A stretch of DNA of 64,000 nucleotides from contig CM022674.1 of NCBI GenBank assembly GCA_012295275.1, positions 3,286,001 through 3,350,000 of the forward strand, written 5' to 3'. Both the position numbers and the translations under genes were made by a program. Each line of letters starts with the position of its first letter. The stretch's first letter is position 1. Source of the DNA: Chrysomallon squamiferum. Taxonomy: Eukaryota > Animalia > Mollusca. Below are positions 30,861 to 44,106 of the stretch, one piece after another. The notes beneath the pieces are model-generated. The model saw only the letters and a list, made by a program, of their open reading frames with translations. It was not told where the DNA came from and did not search any database.

Positions 30861-32874
30861 AACTATTACGATATTAGTTCTTGCTCTTTTTTCGTTCTTT
30901 TTTTTTAATCTTTTTTTTTTCTTCTAATGATTTCAATAAATCATTGTCAGAATTAAAAATAAATAACTCTAAATCGATCAGCCAAAGTCTAATTATTTTG
31001 TTTTTTTCTTTCCTTCTTTTTAAAAAAAAAAAAAAAAAATAAAATAAATAAAATTCTTCATCTTCTTTTTCTTCTATTTATTTTCATTTTTTATTTTGCT
31101 GACTGTTGTTTACTGTCACAACAGAAAAATAACATCTCATCTTTGGGAAAAAAAGATCTGATTCATTGATTATCGTTTTCTGTTTTTTTTTTCAATCTTG
31201 AGAAACCTTTGTTTTTATCGTTTGCATTGAAAATTGGTCTTAAAGATAAAATGACTTCAGTGCATTGAGGGGTAAAAATAAATAAATTAAAATTCACAAT
31301 ATTTCAGGGGCAGTTTTTGTTGTCAGATTATTGCGTCATTGAAATACTTTATTTGAGATAACTTACGATGAAGGAGCGGTTTGGGAAGTTTGATTGGATC
31401 CGTAATGCGTACATAACTGTGTGCTTGCAAATAGATATTATAATTTTCACAACTATGAACTTCATCATCACCATCATCATTATCATCATCATCATCACCC
31501 CTATCACATGTTCATCACTGTTGATTATGCTGTTAATTTACGCTTATTTTCTCTCTCACTTTTTCTTTCTTTCTCACTCTGTTTCTCTTTTGTGTATCTT
31601 TCTCTTTTTTCTCTCTATCTCTCCTTATCTAAATATCTCTTTCATACATGCAAGTGTGTGTGTCTTTGTGTCTGTGTGTGTGTGTGTGTGTGTATGTGCG
31701 TACATGTATTTCTTACTCATTGCCCTTCTGTCTCTTTTTCTCTAGCTCTCACCCCCGCACACATCAACACTATTATCCTCTATCTCTCATTCTCTCATTC
31801 TCTCGTGCTAATGTCATTACAGTCAATATTGTTTTGTTTTGTACTTTTAACAACAAGTTCGACCATTAATCTACATTATCCACGGAGGTTCTGAAGTTGT
31901 CACTGAAGCGTTTAGGTTCTAACAAAAACAGATTTTCATTTACCAGGTCAACAGGGGTTTTGTTAATACACTGAAATAAAGTTAATTGGTTGTCTGGACC
32001 CTAGAGAAATATGACGATGTGCTTTGTATTCTGTCAGTGACATTTTGTTGGAAGCATAGTTTCAGAGCTGATATATATATATATATATACAGAGAGAAAT
32101 TATTCTTCTTTTCCTCTTTACCTTTTATTTTTTCTCTCTTTCATGACCTTGTTGTTTCCCTCATTCACTCACATGTACAGGGAGACATATACATCGAAAC
32201 AAGCAAAACACATGCATACATATATACATCATACATATACATCATACATATATACACATATACAAACAGACATACATACGTACATACATACATACATACA
32301 TATGAACATATACAAAATATAGTTGTGTTTATATATGTATGTATATAGATAGATAGATAGGTAGAAAGATATCATTATAAGTATAAAAAACAAATATAAA
32401 TGGATATTTAAATGTATGTTATACGTCAAAAGAAAATAAAACATATAATGTAAATTACATAGCCTGTTATTTCTCAAACATACGTTATTAGAGTTTAATT
32501 ATATTCAATAAACATCATGGCACAATGACATTATTCTTTACCAGTCTTTTGTTGTCTAAAGAAACGTTGTTTGAAGTGTTTGTGTAGAAGTAATCAAATC
32601 TTTTTTAAAAGCCTTTTATAAATGATGTCAAAAGATTTATAGTTACATCTCGGAGGCGTTATTTCAACAAGAAAGAAATTCTTTGATCTTAGTTTATTGA
32701 TGTCGTTTTCTCCTTTATTCTCTGCCTCCTTTCTCTGTCAGTTTCTGTAATTTATGTGCCTCAGTTTCTCTCTACTTTACGAATTCGTATTCTTTCTGTC
32801 TATGTCAGTCTCGATATTTGTCTCATTCTTTCAGTCTGTTTCTTTCTGTCTTTTTGTGGAAATCTTTTTTTCCC

Positions 32875-33056
<182 letters not shown>

Positions 33057-35769
33057 CTGTTTTTCCTCTTTCACTTACTTTCTCTCGATCGATATCTCTC
33101 TTTCTTATCGTCCATATTCTTTTTTTTCTTTTAATCATATTTTTACATTCTCTTTCTACTACATCTTCTCCTTCTTCTTCTTCGTCTAAATTTGATCATC
33201 ACACTATTGCTAAAGGGATGTACTTCGCGTTTTGATATTATCAAATAATTAACTATCTTCATTCTCTGATCTGTAAAGTCTTAGATGAAAACCAATGCCG
33301 CCCGGATCCATACACTAATTAACTTGCTTCATCGACTTAGGACATCATTAAAAAAAACAAGATTTTTAAAATAGCATTTAACCTTACACGTTCTTTGTAC
33401 TGTCGGTCAGGAATAAGTTTTAGTATCGTGTTTAGGCTGAGTGTATTGTGTTTAAAACAGAATTAGTTTACTTGTTTCTATTAATTCAGTTTATATTCAT
33501 GATGACCGGCTGTTTTTTATTATTATTATTTTTTTTTTAATTTCCATCCAGGTTTAGTGTGCTCTTGTTTCCTTTTATATTTTCTTTTCTTTTGTTGTTT
33601 TCTTTTAATTAAATTTTATAATTTTTTTTTTATTTCTATTCTTGTTGTGACTTATTTTTTTTTGTATTTGACTATTATACAAAACGATAACTGAGTTATA
33701 AATCATATTTTAATTTGTATCTTTTGTAGATAAAGTCTTCTTTTTAATGAATCTATTTATCGCAATAAAATGCTGCATATTGGCTTTTTGCTTTCTTGTT
33801 ATACATACATACATATATATATATTCATGTGTGTGTACGTATTAACGAAAGAACACGATTTATGACTACATATCATATTTCTAAAAAAAAGAAAAAAAAA
33901 AGAAATATGCTGGGCTTACATTACATTTTAACATCCTTTATAAATTCTCCGTCCCATTTTTCTAAACTGCTGTTTATTTACAAACCGCCTCAGTGAACAA
34001 ACATGACTCAGCTGGTTCTAACCAAACAATTGTTTTCAACTGATGCTGTGAGTGGTAACAGAACAGCGTCAACGGCCTGGCAAGTTATCAATCAACCTCA
34101 ACCCGTGAGCACTTCCAGAAGAATTCCAGTTTCCTCTTCAAGTATATTCATCATTAGAATCAGTTGTTTTATTCATCAGATAGTCAGTCATAGAGTGGCG
34201 TTGAAAACAATTGCAGTGATCTCAGTTTCAACAGCCTTGGATGGTTCGCTACATACTTTGTTTTGTTTTTTAATAGAAGAACATCCTTCATTATTTTGAT
34301 TATTTTGGTTCAAGTTTTTTTTTTTTTTTTTTTTTTTGGCTTGAAAAAAATATATATTCATTCAATTTTGATTTTCGTTTTCTTGAAGAATTGGTTCATA
34401 AATTTACATTCACTGGTTAAAAAAAAAAAAAAAAGAAATCCTTCATTCTCGAAAGTTTTCGTTGTCTTAAAATAGTCGTTGTTTATTTTATTTTAATTAA
34501 ACAATTATTTGCTTACTTTAAGTGTTTATAGAACAAAAGAAAAGAGATAATACGTGTTCTTTGATCGTGAAATGAAATGAATTAATTTGTTTCTGATTGA
34601 GAAACTTCTTGTGTGTCACGACATTCTGTCCAAAACTGCAGTCATCTGGTTAGTATATTCAAAATGTTAAGATTAGGTAGAATAGTTTGTAATATATATA
34701 TATATTTATATTTATATGTAGTATGTGTGTTTATCTTTCAGAGGTTATTTGTTTAAAATAAAATTAGTGTTAGTAATGTTAGATATCTCAAAAGTTCAGG
34801 TCAGAAAGGTCAAATAGTTCACCAACGACAGGTTAAAAAGGGACGGAAGGAGACTCCATTTTATTACCGACCAACCCTAAGGTCGAAGGTTTAACCACTG
34901 AATAATTAAACGAGATTACATCCCCTGAATATTCAAGCATGTATTTTGTGGACACAATCTAGTAGTACTGAAATGTAAGCTATTATTATAACTATTCTGT
35001 CCCTTACGACTTTGTTAGCACAGACTAACATACTAACAGTGAAACTGTCTTTGAAAGATATCATGTGATTTGTGTTTCATGTTGAATTGCAGACACAAAT
35101 AAACTTTATTATGGTGTAGGTGATATAATTGCATTAACAGCCTAATTATTAGTATAATTTATTGTAGGTATGTACATATATATGATGGACAAAATTTCGC
35201 AATGAAAAAAAAACCATTTATATCATTTGCTATGTTAATGCTAGTAACCTGGGAAACAAAATGGCCGTACTGCATTGCAAACTGGGATAGCTAACAGAAT
35301 TGAGATGAGTAAAAATCGGCTGTTATGTTCTTGGGCATCCCAAGTCAGCTCTGCTTTGTAACCGGTATCGAGGTTTGATCTCAAATCTTGGCGGTCTTGC
35401 TGTCAGTAACTTAACCATTGTTGCTGTGAATGAAACAATGGTGCATTAGTTACATTTAAATGCGTTCATCAAATACACTTTGAATACTGAAAATAGAAAT
35501 TCTAAAGAAGTTTCTCTTCTTTGATCATCAGAAATGACTTTTTTGTTGTGAAACATTTGAATGTAATTTTCTGTTTTGAATCGAATTTAAATGTCAGTCG
35601 TTTGTTTTTAATTTCTTTTTTTTTTATATTTTCTCCAAAGTGCACATGACAAAACACAGTAACTCAGAAAAAGAAAAAAAAAAGTTTTGGGTTAATATTA
35701 TTATTATTATTACTATCATCATCATCATCATTATTATCATTGCCATCATCACCATGATCATTATTATTA

Positions 35770-35822
<53 letters not shown>

Positions 35823-35945
35823 TGTTTGTATTTTTTATTTGTGTGTTTTTGAATTAAAACTGTAATACACATTATCACTGATATAAAATCCCCTTTGTGT
35901 AAATGCCACAGTTTATTGTGTATAATAAATAAATAAATAAAAAAA

Positions 35946-35978
<33 letters not shown>

Positions 35979-36601
35979 AATAAAGAAATAAAAGAACACC
36001 TACATACACCAGAGAAGCTTTTAATCTCAAATGACTTATTAGTTTATCTGTCCACTGATTGGCCGAGTTCAACAGGGAAGTAATATACCTCGAATTCTTG
36101 TTTTGCTGTTAGAAGTTTGAAACCCAGTACGTATAAAAAGGTTTATTAGCTAGCTGAGTTTGTTTGTAAACAGATGTGACTGTTTTGTTTTCTGGATTAT
36201 GGAACATTTAAAATGGAGGTGTGTTTTCTCCTCCTGTATTTCATATATGATAAAGGTATTGCTTTATTTATTCAATTTGTTTGGTTTTAATTGTATATTT
36301 GTTTGTTCGCATGTTTATTTGTGTCTTTGGGTTTTTATATATTTGTTTTTTATTGTATTTATCCATATTTATTTATTTATTTATTTATTTATCAGTATAT
36401 TTATCAACTATTTTTAATTACCAGGGTTTTTGTTATTTTTATTATTCATTCATTTATTTATCAATCAGTTTCCCTTCTGTCGATTTTCATATATATATAT
36501 ATATATATATTTTTTTTTTTCTGTTGTTTTTCTAATAGTAGATCCAGATCTATAAAATGCTGTTGCTGAATATGATAATCTTTGTTTGTTCTGTTTTACA
36601 T

Positions 36602-36644
<43 letters not shown>

Positions 36645-36679
36645 TGTATTGTCTTACTTATTGACTGATTTGTTTACAG

Positions 36680-36845
36680 GTCATTGCGGTACTCTGTGGG
36701 TGTATATCTATCATGCTGTTGATGCTGTCAATAGCAGCTACGACGTGGCTGGAAGCAGACGGCAGACGTGAAGGATTATGGGAACTATGCATATGGCGGG
36801 ACACCAAAGGTGTCGAAGTGGACTGTGAGAAAAATAATCCTGAAA
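36680..36845 (+). CDS. TMEM47: TMEM47-like shared exon 2: TM1 and extracellular loop 1
   Basis: Acceptor tttgtttacag, donor GTAAGA at 36846. Translates VIAVLCGCISIMLLMLSIAATTWLEADGRREGLWELCIWRDTKGVEVDCEKNNPE, containing the claudin-superfamily W-GLW-C-C signature. Phase 0 to 1. Confidence 0.95.
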
Positions 36846-36883
36846 GTAAGATGTTGTTATGAGTAGTAGTAGTAGTAGTAGTA

Positions 36884-36942
<59 letters not shown>

Positions 36943-38050
36943 TTATTTATTTGTGGTGTGATTTATTTATTTGATTTGGGTTTTTTTTTTTTTAAAAATA
37001 TATTTATTTGTGGTGTGATTTGGGTTTAAAAAATGATATTTACTCAAAGGATGGCCAGTGAAATAATTAGTCTCACGAGAAATATTTCTAAAATGACACA
37101 GCCAATTGAGAATCAGAAACTAGATTTACTAATCGAAAACATTTTTGTTCTTGTTTGTTGATTTTGGTTTTTGTATTCTTATCACCATCTCCATCATCAT
37201 TGTATTATTGTTTCTACTATCATTTTCATCATCTGTATTATCATCGTCATCGTCGTCGTCGTAGTCATCATCATCACGAATAATAATAACTGTTACAGAC
37301 TTTTCATTTATCTTTTTTCCTGCCCCATCGTCATAAATGTAATAACGAATCTGATTCATCAGAATTTGAAACCTTCAGACGGATTATTTTTTCCGGTCCG
37401 AGAAAAAGTAAAAAAGCTGCAGACACAAACGAGTCTAAATTTAATATCAACATTATGGATTGGTTTTGCCTTTTTCACTCCACCAAACACTAACTGAGTC
37501 AGAAAAAAAAAAAAAAAAAAAAAAAAAAAGAAGAAGAAATAAAAAATATGAAACCGTATTAAAGCCCCTTTCACGTCTGATGCTGCAGCGACATCTATCG
37601 GTGTGCAAAAAACTGAATTTCAGCGGAGATTATATAATTTACATCCCCAGACTATTTGTGGATATAGATTCTTCCCCAAAAATATAATCGTGAGTGTCAG
37701 TAATGATAATGCGATAATAAAGAACTGACCATTTTAGTTTATGTGGCAGCTGAAAAATCAGATGTCATATCGACGATGTATGAGTTCTTCAGACTTCAGA
37801 GCTGCAATGGGGAAAAAACCACAAACAAATGGATTAAGTGTCACTGGAATTGCGTGGTCTAGAGACAGAATTTATATCTGGGAAATGTTTTTTATTTTTT
37901 GTTTTCTGTTTTGACTCCGATGTCAGAACCTATACGCAGTTAGTTGTACTTTAAACCACATATTGTAATGTTTGTACAGATTTTTAAATATTATTGTTAT
38001 TTTAAAATTATATATAATTTAATCGTTTGTACCATTTATTTGGTTTATAT

Positions 38051-38086
<36 letters not shown>

Positions 38087-38221
38087 TATATATATATATA
38101 TTTGTTTGTTTGTTTAGTCTGCTATTTTGTCATAATTATTATTATTTGTCGTTGTTGTTTTCTTTGTTGTATTTTGGATTGCTTGTTTTTTTTTATTATA
38201 TGAATGTGTATTTTTTAGTTG

Positions 38222-38267
<46 letters not shown>

Positions 38268-38428
38268 TGGTTGTGTGTCCACATAGACACACACACACAC
38301 ATACATTTATATATATATATATATAATAATGTTAATAACAAAGTTTGAGACGATGTTTCATTTTATTTATTGCTAAATTGTATTTTTATCTTTCTTTTTT
38401 ATTCGTGCTTCCTCTTGGATTCTTATAG

Positions 38429-38434
38429 GCAAAG
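38429..38434 (+). CDS. TMEM47: Candidate 6-nt microexon (GCAAAG) in extracellular loop 1
   Basis: Long AG-free pyrimidine tract ending ttcttatag, then 6 nt, then perfect AAG|GTAAGT. Symmetric phase 1-1; changes NNPE-T-W to NNPE-SKA-W. Confidence 0.7.
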
Positions 38435-38436
38435 GT

Positions 38437-38745
38437 AAGTCAAGTCTGCAGTACAACTGTAATCCTGACTATCTCAAGTAAAGTCTGCATTGAAACTAAT
38501 CCTGACTATCTCAAGTAAAGTCTGCAGTACAATTGTAATCCTAACTATCTCAAGTAAAGTCTGCAGTACAACTGTAATCCTAACTATCTCAAGTAAAGTC
38601 TGCAGTACAATTGTAATCCTAACTATCTCAAGTAAAGTCTGCAGTACAACTGTAATCCTAACTATCTCAAGTAAAGTCTGCAGTACAACTGTAATCCTAT
38701 CTATCTCAGGTAAAATCTTGTGTGACACTAATCCTGACTATCTAT
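38437..38745. repeat. 39-bp minisatellite, about 7-8 copies
   Basis: Unit aagtaaagtctgcagtacaactgtaatcctaactatctc, giving the 13-aa periodic ORFs. Confidence 0.95.
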
Positions 38746-39017
38746 TGCTTTATTACATTAATCAGAATGTCCAGCTCTGCACAGTACAGCCTCTCACTAC
38801 CCACGTTGTAACAGATATCAGTATATTACATTATACAGTATTATATAAACAGATTACTGGCAAATTACTGTCATTACTGTTATTGTTATTGTTATTATTA
38901 TTATTATTGTCATTACTGTTATTATTATTATTGTTATTATTATTATTATTATTATAATATTTTTTTAAATTTAATATTGTTGTTGCTTTTGTTGTTATTG
39001 TTGTTGCTATTATTTAC

Positions 39018-39078
<61 letters not shown>

Positions 39079-39237
39079 ATTGTCGTCGTTGTTCTTCTTC
39101 TTGTTTTTTTTTTTAATTTATTTATTATCATCATCATTACTATTATCAAACTGTTTTGTTTCTTCTTATATATATATTTATATCTATCTATCTATCTCTC
39201 TATATATATACACACACACACACACAATAGACAGTCT

Positions 39238-39271
<34 letters not shown>

Positions 39272-39929
39272 TAATATAATATATATATGTATGTATGTAT
39301 CTATATATATATACACACATAGTATAATATATGTATGTATGTATGTATGTATATGTATGTATGTAATTGGGTATCTAGTACAGTGACCTAATTGTGAAAT
39401 CCATTAGTGTGAACTTGCTAACTTGTCAATATGACAGATACAGACAGCTCTGTGTACATTACTAATGTTGTAATGCACTCGCACACAAACCATTACAAGA
39501 GATCGAGTGCTTTGTAAAGAAGTACCGTAAAAATACTTAATTCAGTCACTGTCATTGTGGCTGGAGGGCATTCAGAGCTGTAAGGAATCTCTGCGTTTTA
39601 TCATGAATAAATTCTATATGGGTGACGTTTCCTTTGCTACACGATTCGATTTTCTTTTTCTTCTATATGATTAAATAAGGAAGCCCGTAATACAAGTAAA
39701 CAAATATATGAATTGATACAAGTAAGACACATATAGGTAGAAATATATATATATAAAAATGCAGTATTAGAATTAACTCGAGATTCAATATTATAAGTAT
39801 TAGATAAAATTTAGAATTACGTTTATAACGAAGAAATTGTCTTGAAAATGCATCATGAGTGCTAGTTTAATATTTAAAATGCATTTCATTTTTATAAAAC
39901 ATTATTTTATCATATTCTTAGAAGAAAGC

Positions 39930-40450
39930 GAGGTTTAGGGTTAGGGTTAAAGTTAAAAGTTAAACATCAGGTTTATGTTTAGAGTTAGCGTTAGCATTAG
40001 GTTAGCGTTATAGTTAACGTTACGGTTAGCGTTAAATAGGTTAGATTTCATTATCTATTCAGCACTAGACTGTTTTCGAATAAAACTTGAAAAATCTTAG
40101 GATAAAATTGAGTGTTGATAGCATTACTGTTAGGGTTACCTGTAAAAATGAACTTCGGAACAACAACAGCGTCAGAATGAAATTTAAAATGCTTTTATTT
40201 GAAAAAAACTGAACTTAGGGATGTTTATGATATGTGTTAGAATGATGTTTAAAATATATTTTATTCCAATAAAACATTGATTTCTCATATTGTTATACGT
40301 AACATTGTGGCTAAGGTTAGAGTTAGGGTTAGGCTGAGGTTAGTGTTAGGTTTAAGATTTGCGTTATGGTTAGGGTTAGGGTTAACAGACAATTTATCAG
40401 ACAAGTAAGATTATAGTTACAGTTAGGGTTACGTTTAGCAGTATAGTTAG
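39930..40450 (+). repeat. Degenerate TTAGGG-like hexamer patches in an intron
   Basis: ggtttagggttagggtt and ttagggttagggtt with variants (ttagcg, ttagag) at about 39930-40045 and 40310-40445. Confidence 0.7.
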
Positions 40451-40728
40451 ACGTGTACAGAACGCACACACGCACAACATATCCCTCTTTCCTTCCATAC
40501 ACTATAAATTAATCATTTATTTAATTAATTAATTAAAGAAATAAGTAAAACAAAAAGAAAGAAAGTAAGAGAAAAAGCTAAATATAAACAAAAAAGAAAA
40601 GAGGGGAAAAAATGCGAAAGAATCTAAATACATTTTAAAACTATAAAATAATTCGAACACTTCTTGCACACTGTCAATGAATTAAATACGACTATGTGAA
40701 GAAATACAATCTTGTTTTGTTTTTTCAG

Positions 40729-40878
40729 CTTGGGTTGAAGCTTGTCGGTCTCTGTGTTTGATATCGCTGTTCAGTGCTCTCATTGCTGTTATCATCGCCT
40801 GCGTGGGTTTGAAAACAGAAAACTATCAGTGGAAGTACCACTACTACAAGTCGTCGATGATCATCATGTTCATAGCAG
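40729..40878 (+). CDS. TMEM47: TMEM47-like shared exon 3: TM2, intracellular loop, start of TM3
   Basis: Acceptor ttttgttttttcag, donor CAG|GTAGAG. 150 nt, phase 1-1. Translates (T)WVEACRSLCLISLFSALIAVIIACVGLKTENYQWKYHYYKSSMIIMFIA. Confidence 0.95.
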
Positions 40879-40911
40879 GTAGAGTATTTCCATCTCGAAC
40901 GTTAGACGCGC

Positions 40912-40946
<35 letters not shown>

Positions 40947-41855
40947 TGCGTATGTGTGTCTTTGTCTTAGTGTGTTTTATACGGCAGTCATTTTTAGACA
41001 ATGTTTATATTGCAAAATACTTGAGAGAGATAGAGTTAAGCATTGCAAAGTTGTCAATTCCTCAGTATGTCATTTATTTTTTTTTTTTTTTTCAACTATG
41101 TATACTGTGTTGAAACTGATTTTCAGAAAATGTTTTTCTGAATATTCAGCTAGGTAAACGTGTGCAAACACGTTCAGATGGGAATTAAAATAAAATGAAA
41201 GTGTTTAGTATTTCCAAAATAATATGATTTAAGACGTGATTCAACATGCAGGATGATGGATAAGTATTATTGTTCACAGAGCTGCACTAAATCAGATTAA
41301 CGAAACTAATATCTGTAGTTATTACCTGTCCTGATATAAAAATAAAATGTAAACCTCTAATCTGGTCATGGATATTTATATAAACTGACCGATTTCCCAT
41401 TCAGCACTGACGCCATATAGCTGTTTATTTCTATCTAATATCATTATTAATATTAATACACACATATATATATATATATATATATTTATACTTTTTCTTC
41501 TGAAAGTATAAAGAGATTAGTTATTTATGATTTGGAATTATATATCACGTTTCCTGATTATACTGGATGTAGCTGTCATTGTGGTTGAACTGATCGATAT
41601 TTTTTAATCCAGTTTCTTGTTAATGAAATAACGTTTTTTTTTTTTTTTTTCTTTTCAAATATTACATTGATTTCAAAGAGGAATAACGTCTGACAGATAA
41701 TGCAGTTCTAACTGTAATAATAATAATAATAATAATACATTGGGTAGACTCATTGGGAATATTCTCAGTCAGTAATGCAGTTGTTTTGCTACAAGTAGGA
41801 TTCTGTTTAAGAAATAAATAAAAAGCATGCAACTGTGGCAAACTTAGTAGCAGTC

Positions 41856-41945
<90 letters not shown>

Positions 41946-42122
41946 ATGTTAAAGACAATAATGAAATGACTGCAGTAGTTCTTTCTCGATTTTTATCACT
42001 CGATTTTTATCTTTATTGATTCGTTCCTTAACGCATTCTTCACTGACGTTATATATTCATTCAGTCAATCAGTTTATTCACTAATATATATATATATTTC
42101 TCTCTCTCTCTTATTTTTACAG

Positions 42123-42352
42123 TAATTCTAGAAGTAATAGCCTTAATAATATTTCCTGTCAAGTTCCTGGAGGAGGTGGACGAGAGACCGTACAAGAAAT
42201 GGGAGTTTGGCTGGGCGTACGGAATCGGGTGGGGTTCCGCCCTCTTCATGTTCGGGTGTGCAATATTGCTTCTGTTAGACCGGGACACTGAGGAGGTCGT
42301 GTACAGGGAAAAGACTATATACCAAAGAGAGCCTGAACCCGAGGAGGTTTAG
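42123..42352 (+). CDS. TMEM47: TMEM47-like terminal coding exon 4: end of TM3, ECL2, TM4 and C-tail
   Basis: Acceptor ttatttttacag. Translates (V)ILEVIALIIFPVKFLEEVDERPYKKWEFGWAYGIGWGSALFMFGCAILLLLDRDTEEVVYREKTIYQREPEPEEV*, stop TAG at 42350-42352. FPVKF and FGWAYGIGWG resemble TMEM47/PERP motifs (YPIKF, FNWGYGLAWG) as recalled from the family. Confidence 0.95.
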
Positions 42353-43785
42353 ACAACCACACCCATTTACCCCACCCTCCAAACCCAATCCTAGTTTAAA
42401 AAAAAATATGAAAAAAAAAAAAAAAAAAATGAATTTTTTTTTCCCCATTTTTTCAACCCATTTGTCTTTCGAATGTTCTGCTTGCAGAACTTGTGCATGA
42501 GTTTTAACAATCTTTTTTGGGGGTGTGATTTCGGAATGACATTACTTGATATAACAGAGCGACTTGAAGTGGCTACTTTGCATGAGTTGTATTTCAGTTA
42601 CTGTGTTGAGTGACAAAGATTATCTTGTTTTCGTTTTAATGTGTCTTTTAATCATCTGGATGTTGAGCCATGTTCTCATGTAGAAGGATTCTCGAAAGAA
42701 AAAGAAGATATTAGCCAGAAAAAAAAAGTCAAATGACCTTGTTTTTTTTTTAAATACAAATGCAAAAATATCATTTTGAAGGACTTGTGTCTTTAAAAAT
42801 AATAACAAAGGATTTGAAAGAATTTGTGAAGTAAAAGAATCCTAAGGGTTTGTTACTTAAAGAAACACAAAGGATTTGCAAGAATTTGTTTCTCAAAGGA
42901 TCGTGAAGAATCTGTTTAAGTTTTATCTTAACACGAAGTCTTCATTGACAAGAAACATCAGATGTACCAGAAATGGATAACTAAATGATTTTTGTTTTAA
43001 TTTTTTTTTTCTTAAGTGACTACTTTTGAAGGGCTTCCGATTAATTCTAGTAAAAAAAAATAATAAAAAAATAATAAAAAACACAACAACAAATAAACAA
43101 ACATTGGTGGATTTTCAAATTCTGTGAATGTTATTTATATAGCCATCTCTCGCTGTGTGTGTTTGATATCAGTATTTACAGTTGCATCTTATCGTGTGTT
43201 ACAAATCACCGGTTACAGGAAACTGGCTTTAAAAAGTGTATTCATTTTGTATCCGTAAAATACAGTTTTGTTCTTTGCATTTCATTGTTCATTTTTACAT
43301 TTTAAGTATATATATATATATATATATACGTACATCTTTGTCCAGAAAACAGAAGAAAAAAAGAAAAAAAAAGAAAGAAAATAAATGATTCAGATATTCT
43401 GGTCACCTCCAGTACCGGGCTTGGTGAATACATTATCTGTTATGTGTAATATATGTAATGTTTTGATAACGTGTTTTTATCAAGATGGTGAATTTGCACT
43501 TATTTAGTATTTCTATGTATTTACCGATATTTTCCACAATTTTTGCTCGTATGTAGAATATAATATTCAAAATGAATACTACACACCAGTCTTTATTTAA
43601 GTCATTGTACAGATAGTAAGAGTGTCAGATGGATTCTTCGTTTCAGACGAATTTGAGACAAAATTTCTAATTGTAAAATGTTATTTATCAGTAAGATGAA
43701 TTCTTATATTGATCATAATCTATGTCAAATATAAAATCATTAATTAATTATTAATGTAAAGTAATAATAATAATAATAATAATAA

Positions 43786-43816
<31 letters not shown>

Positions 43817-44065
43817 AAAAAAGAAGAAGGATAAAAAACATATTTGGTTTATCAACTCAGTCTGTCAAGGATTTTTGTTTTTAAAGAATTTTTTACAAAA
43901 TAAAGTAACAATTATTATTTAAATGTTTATGCATTTTCATTATTTTCAACAAGCAAAACAATTATTTAAAATATCAGATAATCTTATCATTTCAATCATG
44001 AACATTTTTGCTTTAGATTCACCAAAGACTCAGTTTTATATCTTTAGTTCTTTCCTTGAATTTTT

Positions 44066-44106
<41 letters not shown>

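Noticed and set aside
34003-34299. 98-aa ORF / MTQLVLTKQLFSTDA with phase-0 GCT|GTGAGT
   Set aside because: Poor exonic donor context and no motif or family similarity. The ATG overlaps an AP-1 site (TGACTCA), so it looks more like an enhancer. Not fully excluded.
38474-38957. ORFs with 13-aa repeats
   Set aside because: Translation of an intronic 39-bp minisatellite plus (TTA)n.
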